This document shows, piece after piece, positions 53,499 to 64,000 of a stretch of 64,000 bases of DNA. The position numbers were made by a program, and so were the translations under genes. The notes under the pieces are model-generated. The model saw only the letters and a list, made by a program, of their open reading frames with translations, was not told the DNA's origin and did not search any database. Origin of the DNA: Balanoglossus misakiensis (taxonomy: Eukaryota > Animalia > Hemichordata); assembly GCA_040954595.2 (NCBI GenBank), contig CM082576.2, positions 16,849,028 through 16,913,027 on the forward strand. The letters are read 5' to 3'. Position 1 is the first letter of the stretch, and each line of letters starts with the position of its first letter.

Positions 53499-56400
53499 TT
53501 TGCGGAAACTTGCAGGTACTGTTTACGTCGCGGCCAACTTTCAAGTTTCCACCTTCTTGGCACAATATTTGCATAAAAGTATGATTACTCGCGTAATATT
53601 GAACGTTTCAATGAAAGAAAAACGATGGGTATGGCTCTCTCTGCTGGTTTGGTTTCTTCCATTGCAGCATGTTCATGATTGCAGTCAACAATTCTGATGA
53701 GTGAGAGCGCCAAAATGTTTCATACATCAATTAAAGGTAGGCAATTTCAATGTGGACATTCGTTGAGTAGAGATCTGCGAACACTTTTTTTTGCCTGAAC
53801 TTGAAGAAAATGGAGCCGACAAAAATACAGGATATATTCCAAGGGTTACTTTAGCATCTGTCAGCAAAAAGTTCAAGTTGGATGACCGAGGCATATTCTC
53901 TCGATCTGAACCACTTCGAACACTGTCAGTAAAGTGTCGCTGTATATGATGCCGTCAGGGAAATCACTTGCCCCAAGATACAGCAAAATATTTGACGGAA
54001 ACACTGGCTATATAATAGTAGAAGAATAATCTGAAACATCGGCAGTCATGATACGATTTAAAGTTCAGTCATGTTGATTGTTTTGAGTTCAGCGTTGGGA
54101 AAGCGTTGTACTTTGTCATGCGGGTGGACAATATGGAAGGTCAACTTCCATTTCTTTTCATGGCGTCGGTATACTCAGTTTATTGTGGGTCACAACTCAA
54201 CTGTTTAACATGAACTACCACTGGAATTTTCTTGTTCAACGTTTGAAGGTTTATTAAAAAAAGCATGAAACTTTAAAAACAAATTGCGTGCAAAGTCTGA
54301 TTGTGTGTACGTGTGCAGTGAAGGGATGGATTACAGAGACAATATGCGTACGCTCCCTTTGGAATTCAACTTGCTACAGTGTTTGACTTCTGTACTGGCC
54401 AGCGATAAAGAAAGTTGTCAAACCCAGAAATCAAAACCGGACACTCAATTAATTTTACTAACAGTAGAAGTACCAGTACAACCCTTTGGATGCGAGTAAC
54501 ATTTTATTAACAACTATAGAGAAGCAGGGAGGGCATGACATTTTTATTATTGGTAACTTATAGTACAAAGTGAGTGTTGGACATGACATTTGACTAACAG
54601 TTATAGTACAGAACTAGGGGAAGGCATGGCATTTTACTAAAAAGCAAGGGATGTGCATGATATTGTACTTACAGTTAAGTATTACATGTAGTACAATGAG
54701 GGATTGTCATAACATTTTATTAATAGCAACAGTACAGAACAAGGGGAGGGTATGACACTTTATTATCAATTAACACAGCAAGGGGATGGGCATGGCATTG
54801 AACTACCAGTTGAGTTATAATACCAGTACTATGCTTAGGATAAGTGTAACATTTTACTTATAGCTTACCAGTACTGGTAGTACTAGTACAAAGATAGGGA
54901 TGGGAATATCATTTCATAAACAGCTGAAATACATAAGGGGAGAGTATGATATTTTATTATTAGTCATAGTGTCACTAATGGTATAACATTTTAGTATGAC
55001 ACATTTTGCAGAATGAGGAGCAGACAGTACAGAGAATATTTTCATGCAATTGCAGATTGCAAGGAACATTCAAAACTTTATTTTGTTATGTTTATGTTAA
55101 TGCCATATCAGATACCTCATGTGCAACTATCACTGTTTCAACTTTCATATACAAGTATTTTTCAGCAACAGTAGGGAAGGGGTCGTCGCACCGCGAGGGT
55201 GTCCCCCTTGATGAGAATATGCCCTCCCATACCAGTGCAAACCCCACTGCAGTCGCTACGACCTACTAGGATCTTCAGTTGCTGTCATGCCCAGTCTACA
55301 CTACAGTTGGCTTCTTCGTTCATTCTAAGAATGATCTAATTTGTTGTGGATGAATTGTAATGTTTATAAACAAACGCGGCGCGACGACCCCTTCACTTTA
55401 ATGTTGAGTTCAGGATATTCTTCCATACAGTCTTGCAAACATATTTCATAATCATGTTTCTATTAGAGCTTGTAGTAGAAACATACAGGCAGAGAGATGG
55501 CATAGATTTTTCTTGTAAAAAAAGTATTTTGTGCATCAATGTAGACCCCCCCCCCCCCCCCCCCCGCACCAACCTTTTTGCCTCCGAAGTGTAAACAGAG
55601 GAGTCTGTCAAGTTGGGTACAGTCTTCGGACTGAGCGCGATTCTCATTAGCAAACACGATCTGTCAAATTTTGCTCAGTTCCATAGGCATCGCCTTGCAA
55701 TTTGCAGTGCGGGGCTGGTAAATTCAAGTGTTGATGTTTTTTCTGAGTTAATTTTTGTAAAAAAATCATGTCGGTTTTTGGATTTGTCACATCGAGTAAG
55801 GAACTTAATGTCAGTTCTTTGTTAAAATCTAAGCTTGCTGGATTTCTTGTGTGTTGGAGACACTGCTACTTGTAATTTCTGTTTTCGACCGTAATTTTCC
55901 GGACACTCGACAACATAGTCAGTCTTTTTGAATACTTAATGAGTGATAATGGACACGCCCACTTTTCGCGCTCACTCCGAAGACTGGTATGAGCTACTAC
56001 TTCCGTCCGTCAAGAATTCATACCATTTTCTAGTAGGGGTGTGTAGCTTTGAGGTGTTGAGGAAGAATTGGAACAGTGACAGAAATCGGAACGGATTAGC
56101 TAGCAGTGTTTTCGCTACCCGCTCGCCAAATCGCAAATGCCAGAAAAAGGTTGTGTTTGGCGAGACGATTTTCATACAAATTAGCCAAACTTGTGAAGCA
56201 CTGCTATCTAACATCGTCGTTTGTTTTGCCATGATCAACTTGCCCTGATCAGTGCACTACAATGCGTGAAAGTGGACCGCTGTTCTGTTCATTGATCATC
56301 ATTCCCCCCCCCCCCCCCCTGTATCACGAACATCGCAAGGCAATGCATTGAATTCAGCTCTTCCAGCTAGTGGCCGCACTCGCTTGATTTCCTGTGTGTG

Positions 56401-56924
56401 TCTCTGGGGATGTAAAGAATGCATGTATGCGTCTTTTCCTAATTTGCATATTTTGATCGGGTTAGGACTGCCTTGACTTGAACGCGTCAAGAGTTCAGGT
56501 TGTTACGGAAGTTTCTTTTTAGAACCACTAGTGTTAGTCTGTCGGCCCAACCAGCAAAAAAGGGTTCTAGAAATGTCATTATGTTGTATAGGAGTTTTGT
56601 ACTACATGAAATTAGCTTGAAACGACGGGTGGTAAACTATTGATGTGAAATCAGGTCACTTCTTCTGAAAATGGTGGATCCAGAGAGTAATGACTATTTA
56701 AAATTATTTCATATACTATGTTCTCAACTGCTATGTACAGCTCCTGTCAGTCAGGTCCCGCTGCTCCGCCCTCCAGGGTCCTGGTTCGCCGTTGCCCTGG
56801 GCAACATCAGTCATTTGCAGTTCCACTACACTTCACAGTTGCCGTAATTGGAGCCGTAACCATGTGGTCAGCCTCATTGTTTGGACCTTTATGTCCCAGT
56901 TTCACTGCAACGCCATGGGACGTC

Positions 56925-57075
56925 CGAACGATTTTCTTCTTTGGTGTAAGGTTTTCATTGATGTAAATCCTGCTGTTGTGAATCCATAATTTCTGGTTGT
57001 TGTGTTACGTTCATTTCTCTTCTTGCTGTACCTGTTGTTGAAAGGTATAATGATGGGTCGGTGTCGTTGGGTCCG
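56925..57075 (-). pseudogene. CR1/L2-type LINE ORF1 remnant
   Basis: Minus strand reads RPIIIPFNN ... RIYINENLTPKKK, resembling the RPIIxxF / IYINENLT motifs of LINE ORF1 proteins. Confidence 0.45.
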
Positions 57076-57079
57076 GTTC

Positions 57080-60000
57080 GGCTGATAGCTTCCTCCCTGA
57101 GACTGTTTTAGCCAATGACGGGTAAGACCGCTTATGAAGTTGTGACCTAAGACAGGCGACAGTCAGGCTTCACTTACAAAAAGTGGAAAATATAATAGCT
57201 ACATTGGTAGGCTGAAAGCTTCCTCCCTGAGACTGTTTTAGCCAATGACGGGTAAGACCGCTTATGAAGTTGTGACCTAAGACAGGCGACAGTCAGGCTT
57301 CACTTACAAAAAGTGGAAAATATAATAGCTACATTGGTAGGCTGAAAGCTTCCTTCCTGAGACTGTTTGAGCCAATGACAGGTAAGACCGCTTATGAAGT
57401 GGTGACCTAAGACAGGCGACAGTCAGGCTTCACTTACAAAAAGTGGAAAATATAATACCTACATTGGTAGGCTGAAAGCTTACTCCCTGAGACTGTTTGA
57501 GCCAATGACGGGTAAGACCGCTTATGAAGTGGTGACCTAAGACAGGCGACAGTCAGGCTTCACTTACAAAAAGTGGAAAATATAATAGCTACATTGGTAG
57601 GCTGAAAGCTTACTCCCTGAGACTGTTTGAGCCAATGACGGGTAAGACCGCTTATGAAGTGGTGACCTAAGACAGGCGAAAGTCAGGCTTCACTTACAAA
57701 AAGTGGAAAATAGAATAGCTACATTGGTAGGCTGAAAGCTTACTTCCTGAGACTGTTTGAGCCAATGACGGGTAAGACCGCTTATGAAGTGGTGACCTAA
57801 GACAGGCGACAGTCAGGCTTCACTTACAAAAAGTGGAAAATATAATAGCTACATTGGTAGGCTGAAAGCTTACTCCCTGAGACTGTTTGAGCCAATGACG
57901 GGTAAGACCGCTTATGAAGTGGTGACCTAAGACAGGCGACAGTCAGGCTTCACTTACAAAAATTGGAAAATATAATAGCTACATTGGTAGGCTGAAAGCT
58001 TACTTCCTCAGACTGTTTGAGCCAATGACGGGTAAGACCGCTTATGAAGTGGTGACCTAAGACAGGCGACAGTCAGGCTTCACTTACAAAAAGTGGAAAA
58101 TATAATAGCTACATTGGTAGGCTGAAAGCTTACTCCCTGAGACTGTTTTGAGCCAATGACAGGTAAGACCGCTTATGAAGTGGTGACCTAAGACAGGCGA
58201 CAGTCAGGCTTCACTTACAAAAAGTGGAAAATATAATAGCTACATTGGTAGGCTGAAAGATTACTCCCTCAGACTGTTTGAGCCAATGACGGGTAAGACC
58301 GCTTATGAAGTGGTGACCTAAGACAGGCGACAGTCAGGCTTCACTTACAAAAAGTGGAAAATATAATAGCTACATTGGTAGGCTGAAAGCTTACTCCCTG
58401 AGACTGTTTGAGCCAATGACGGGTAAGACCATTTATGAAGTGGTGACCTAAGACAGGCGACAGTCAGGCTTCACTTACAAAAAGTGGAAAATATAATAGC
58501 TACATTGGTAGGCTGAAAGCTTACTCCCTGAGACTGTTTGAGCCAATGACGGGTAAGACCGCTTATGAAGTGGTGACCTAAGACAGGCGACAGTCAGGCT
58601 TCACTTACAAAAAGTGGAAAATATAATAGCTACATTGGTAGGCTGAAAGCTTACTCCCTGAGACTGTTTGAGCCAATGACGGGTAAGACCGCTTATGAAG
58701 TGGTGACCTAAGACAGGCGACAGTCAGGCTTCACTTACAAAAAGTGGAAAATATAATAGCTACATTGGTAGGCTGAAAGCTTACTCCCTGAGACTGTTTG
58801 AGCCAATGACGGGTAAGACCGCTTATGAAGTGGTGACCTAAGACAGGCGACAGTCAGGCTTCACTTACAAAAAGTGGAAAATATAATAGCTACATTGGTA
58901 GGCTGAAAGCTTACTCCCTCAGACTGTTTGAGCCAATGACGGGTAAGACCGCTTATGAAGTGGTGACCTAAGACAGGCGACAGTCAGGCTTCACTTAAAA
59001 AAAGTGGAAAATATAATAGCTACATTGGTAGGCTGAAAGCTTACTCCCTGAGACTGTTTGAGCCAATGACGGGTAAGACCATTTATGAAGTGGTGACCTA
59101 AGACAGGCGACAGTCAGGCTTCACTTACAAAAAGTGGAAAATATAATAGCTACATTGGTAGGCTGAAAGCTTACTCCCTGAGACTGTTTGAGCCAATGAC
59201 GGGTAAGACCACTTATGAAGTGGTGACCTAAGACAGGCGACAGTCAGGCTTCACTTACAAAAAGTGGAAAATATAATAGCTACATTGGTAGGCTGAAAGC
59301 ATACTCCCTGAGACTGTTTGAGCCAATGACGGGTAAGACCGCTTATGAAGTGGTGACCTAAGACAGGCGACACTCAGGCTTCACTTACAAAAAGTGGAAA
59401 ATATAATAGCTACATTAATAGGCTGAAAGCTTACTTCCTCAGACTGTTTGAGCCAATGATGGGTAAGACCGCTTTGAAGTGGTGACCTAAGACAGGCGAC
59501 AGTCAGGCTTCACTTACAAAAAGTGGAAAATATAATAGCTACATTGGTAGGCTGAAAGCTTACTCCCTGAGACTGTTTGAGCCAATGACGGGTAAGACCG
59601 CTTATGAAGTGGTGACCTAAGACAGGCGACAGTCAGGCTTCACTTACAAAAAGTGGAAAATATAATAGTTACATTGGTAGGCTGAAAGCTTACTCCCTGA
59701 GACTGTTTGAGCCAATGACGGGTAAGACCGCTTATGAAATGGTGACCTAAGACAGGCGACAGTCAGGCTTCACTTACAAAAAGTGGAAAATATAATAGCT
59801 ACATTGGTAGGCTGAAAGCTTACTCCCTCAGACTGTTTGAGCCAATGACGGGTAAGACCGCTTATGAAGTGGTGACCTAAGACAGGCGACAGTCAGGCTT
59901 CACTTACAAAAAGTGGAAAATATAATAGCTACATTGGTAGGCTGAAAGCTTACTTCCTGAGACTGTTTGAGCCAATGACGGGTAAGACCGCTTATGAAGT

Positions 60001-61662
60001 GGTGACCTAAGACAGGCGACAGTCAGGCTTCACTTACAAAAAGTGGAAAATATAATAGCTACATTGGTAGGCTGAAAGCTTACTCCCTGAGACTGTTTGA
60101 GCCAATGACGGGTAAGACCACTTATGAAGTGGTGACCTAAGACAGGCGACAGTCAGGCTTCACTTACAAAAAGTGGAAAATATAATAGCTACATTGGTAG
60201 GCTGAAAGCTTACTCCCTGAGACTGTTTGAGCCAATGACGGGTAAGACCACTTATGAAGTGGTGACCTAAGACAGGCGACAGTCAGGCTTCACTTACAAA
60301 AAGTGGAAAATATAATAGCTACATTGGTAGGCTGAAAGCTTACTCCCTGAGACTGTTTGAGCCAATGACGGGTAAGACCGCTTATGAAGTGGTGACCTAA
60401 GACAGGCGACAGTCAGGCTTCACTTACAAAAAGTGGAAAATATAATAGCTACATTGGTAGGCTGAAAGCTTACTTCCTGAGACTGTTTGAGCCAATGATG
60501 GGTAAGACCGCTTTTGAAGTGGTGACCTAAGACAGGCGACAGTCAGGCTTCACTTACAAAAAGTGGAAAATATAATAGCTACATTGGTAGGCTGAAAGCT
60601 TACTCCCTGAGACTGTTTGAGCCAATGACGGGTAAGACCGCTTATGAAGTGGTGACCTAAGACAGGCGACAGTCAGGCTTCACTTACAAAAAGTGGAAAA
60701 TATAATAGCTACATTGGTAGGCTGAAAGCTTACTTCCTCAGACTGTTTGAGCCAATGACGGGTAAGACCGCTTATGAAGTGGTGACCTAAGACAGGCGAC
60801 AGTCAGGCTTCACTTACAAAAAGTGGAAAATATAATAGCTACATTGGTAGGCTGAAAGCTTACTTCCTGAGACTGTTTGAGCCAATGACGGGTAAGACCG
60901 CTTATGAAGTGGTGACCTAAGACAGGCGACAGTCAGGCTTCACTTACAAAAAGTGGAAAATATAATAGCTACATTGGTAGGCTGAAAGCTTACTCCCTTA
61001 GACTGTTTGAGCCAATGACGGGTAAGACCACTTATGAAGTGGTGACCTAAGACAGGCGACAGTCAGGCTTCACTTACAAAAAGTGGAAAATATAATAGCT
61101 ACATTGGTAGGCTGAAAGCTTACTCCCTGAGACTGTTTGAGCCAATGACGGGTAAGACCACTTATGAAGTGGTGACCTAAGACAGGCGACAGTCAGGCTT
61201 CACTTACAAAAAGTGGAAAATATAATAGCTACATTGGTAGGCTGAAAGCTTACTCCCTGAGACTGTTTGAGCCAATGACGGGTAAGACCGCTTATGAAGT
61301 GGTGACCTAAGACAGGCGACAGTCAGGCTTCACTTACAAAAAGTGGAAAATATAATAGCTACATTGGTAGGCTGAAAGCTTACTTCCTCAGACTGTTTGA
61401 GCCAATGATGGGTAAGACCGCTTTTGAAGTGGTGACCTAAGACAGGCGACAGTCAGGCTTCACTTACAAAAAGTGGAAAATATAATAGCTACATTGGTAG
61501 GCTGAAAGCTTACTCCCTGAGACTGTTTGAGCCAATGACGGGTAAGACCGCTTATGAAGTGGTGACCTAAGACAGGCGACAGTCAGGCTTCACTTACAAA
61601 AAGTGGAAAATATAATAGCTACATTGGTAGGCTGAAAGCTTACTCCCTGAGACTGTTTGAGC
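57080..61662. repeat. Homogeneous 130-bp tandem satellite, ~35 copies
   Basis: gccaatgac at 57111, 57241, 57371 and so on; unit ggctgaaagcttactccctgagactgtttgagccaatgacgggtaagaccg...gctacattggta with few substitutions. Confidence 0.97.
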
Positions 61663-64000
61663 TGTGCTCTCGCTGTCGCTCGTAATGCTCGTAAATTACG
61701 AACAAAATTGGAAATTTACGAAAATAAATAAGTGCATGATCGGGAATTTACGAACAACTTTGTTAGTTTTGAAGCCCGATTTTCGGTACTAATTTTCAGT
61801 TGGAAATTGAACATCGCGTCTCAATTGCTGGTCGACGGGCGATCGCGACGATTGAGGGAGAAAATCCTACAGTCAGGTGATTAGTAGCCTTTGACCCGGG
61901 TTATAATGAGCATGCGCTGAAAGGTTTCAATATCCCCGTACCGTTCACTGCTGTGAACGTATCACGTGTTTCAAGGTTGTTTCGAGACACCCTAAATCGT
62001 CACGTGCTGCAAACTTTTTCATTAGCATCAAAATTGAAAATGGCAGGTCGGCCAGTTGGCGTGTCGGGGGGATCAAAACGGGCAAGGACAGTGATGAATA
62101 CGTTAGATGTATACTGGAAGAAACCAGAGGAAAATGCAACCGACGCGGAAAAACAAGTAACTGAAGAAACTGTTGAAAAAAAGAGAAAGAGGGCTGAACG
62201 ATGTAGCGCGAAATTCTTGCCTGAGTGGAAGGTGAGTTGGTCTATCATATTTTGTCGTATGTGAGCTGCGTATGATTTTTTCCTGATCGGCAAATTTGAA
62301 CTAATTAATAAATAAAATTGGTTTTATTTTCCTAAAAAAATTTGTCTGAATCCGAACGGAAAAGTCGATTCCCTCGGAAAATTTGATTAGCTGAGGTTAG
62401 GTTTTATTGAGTGACTGGTGATACTGCAGTGCTCTAAAAGTACGTCATCAGAAAAATGTTATTCGGCAACTCTTTAAGCCATTTTGGGGGAAATCTACGG
62501 TAGCTCAAAAGAAAAAATAATGGTATGGGTCAGTCGAATTGGCATTTTTTGTCGCAGATTCTAAATATTTTAGTGTAATATGTTGTAATAGTGGGGTCGT
62601 TGACTGAAGAAACGTGAACTATCAAATGCTCTGACGATTGATGGGCACAAGTCGGATACTGCCTGCACTGCTCATTTACATATCAATGTGTAAAACACCC
62701 ATTTTCTGACTGGACACTAACAAATAATTTCACACTTTTCTTTTCTAGGTGTGTTTCCCATGGCTTGAATATGATCACGATACAAAACTTATGAGCTGTA
62801 AATTGTGCAAAAAAGCTGGCTGTAAAAATTCTTTCACTAGTCCTGGGTGCCAAAATCTCCTGAAAGATAACTGTAAAAAGCATGCTATGATTGGTGACCA
62901 TAAAGCTGCAGCTGATGCCCAGGTTTATGCTCCTGCCTTTCAAGATGTGGTTTTAAATGCTTACAGTAAAGAAGAAGCAACTGTGAAGGCTGCCATGACC
63001 AACATTTACTATATGGCAAAGAAAAACTGCCCAAATGATCATTTCAGGGACCTGAACTGGCTGACCATGTTGCAGGTATGATTTCTCTGTAAAACAATTT
63101 TTAGATTGAATGCATACATTCAAAACTATAAAAAATTGCTGATAAAATTTCTACAATGTAATGCAAACACTGCTGATGTAAATAAAATATGGATCAAATT
63201 TTGATATATTTTATTGTCATTTTCTTGTTGATAGGGTTGTGAAGACCTGAAGGGACTCAAGGTTGATGCACATACAAGTTATGAGCACCCTAATTCTATT
63301 CACAGCTTCCAAGAAGCCATGAAACTGGTCGTAGATGAAGAAATGGTGTTGGAGCTTCAGCAGTCGGACTTCTTTGCTGTACTGACTGATGAGATGGCAG
63401 ATATAGCCATGGATAAAACTGTTATCATTTATTTGAGATATCTTGTAGATGGCATGATTAAAGTTCGATTTTTTGAGGTTGTAGGCTTAGATGGGACTTC
63501 AGCTGATGACATTTATAACACAATTATCAGTGTCTTGGTGGGGAAGGGCTTGGATCTGAGTAAAATGTGTGCTGTTGCCACAGATGGTGCCAGTGTTATG
63601 ACAGGGAAGCACAAAGGTGTCACAACGTTACTAAAGCAGGACAATCCATTTATTATACGAACACATTGTATTGCTCATAGACTTGCCCTTGCAGCTGCTC
63701 AAGCGTCACATGCTATACCATATCTGGACAAATTTGGAGACAAACTTAACCAAATTTATAATTACTTTCACTACTCCACCAAACACAAATCAAAGCTTGC
63801 TAAGATCTACTCTGTGTTGAATATTGAAATGAGGCGACAATTTGTGCGTCCCTGTGATACCAGGTGGCTATCTGTTGGCGGTGCAGTTGATGCTGTTTTG
63901 GCTAATCTTAATCCTCTCATAATGTGTCTATCAGATGATGCCTACCCCCACAGTGGAACTGGTGATTCCACTGCTGTTGGGTTGTTTAAATATGTCACCA
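61662..64000 (+). mobile_element. hAT-superfamily transposon, left part (runs off the window)
   Basis: Begins CTGTGCTCTCGCT (compare CAGTG.. hAT termini) with repeated TTACGA/TCGTAA subterminal motifs, followed by a transposase gene. Confidence 0.7.
62040..64000 (+). CDS. ZNF862-like hAT transposase, exons 62040-62231, 62749-63075, 63235->64000 (3' partial)
   Basis: Phase-0 GT-AG introns; TTF-type zinc finger FLPEWK|VCFPWL..CKLC..H..H; FAVLTDE, ATDGASVMTG, HCIAHRLAL and DTRWLS motifs; no stop seen to the window end. Confidence 0.85.

Noticed and set aside
57080-61662. CRISPR-like or guide-RNA array
   Set aside because: Units are near-identical along all 130 bp, with no unique spacers and no cas-like gene nearby; it is a plain satellite.
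1-64000. TnpB/Fanzor or other RNA-guided nuclease, rRNA or tRNA genes
   Set aside because: I saw no RuvC-type motif set, rRNA-like sequence or tRNA cloverleaf with A/B boxes by eye; an HMM and Infernal scan would be needed to exclude them fully.

Overview
AT-rich eukaryotic DNA, probably from a marine invertebrate (inferred from spliceosomal introns and the transposon repertoire). It consists almost entirely of transposons, their remnants and tandem repeats; I found no ordinary host gene, RNA gene or CRISPR array. (1) About 435-41779 is a near-identical 20.7-kb tandem duplication. Each unit holds an ISL2EU-type (PIF/Harbinger-related) transposon with ~270-bp TIRs, an AT TSD, a THAP+DDE transposase and a convergent SAP-SWIM-YqaJ nuclease-PHD gene. 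Each unit also holds a DIRS tyrosine-recombinase remnant, Harbinger MITEs, a ~165-bp satellite, hAT and L2 fragments, and a 988-bp TIR element. (2) About 40.9-43.7 kb is a fold-back mosaic built around a repeated branched-hairpin module. (3) 43990-52908 is a Sola1 transposon (32-bp TIRs, ATAT TSD, three-exon transposase with one nonsense codon); a third, independent ISL2EU copy sits in its first intron. (4) After that come a short SAM-like ORF, ~35 copies of a 130-bp satellite (57080-61662), and an apparently intact spliced ZNF862-like hAT transposase running off the window end. The best candidate for an under-described system is the two-gene ISL2EU element: its accessory chromatin-reader/nuclease protein, a stop codon shared by all copies, and an apparent oriented GTGAAT-TA target preference. 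All protein and family calls come from motif recognition by eye, not database searches.
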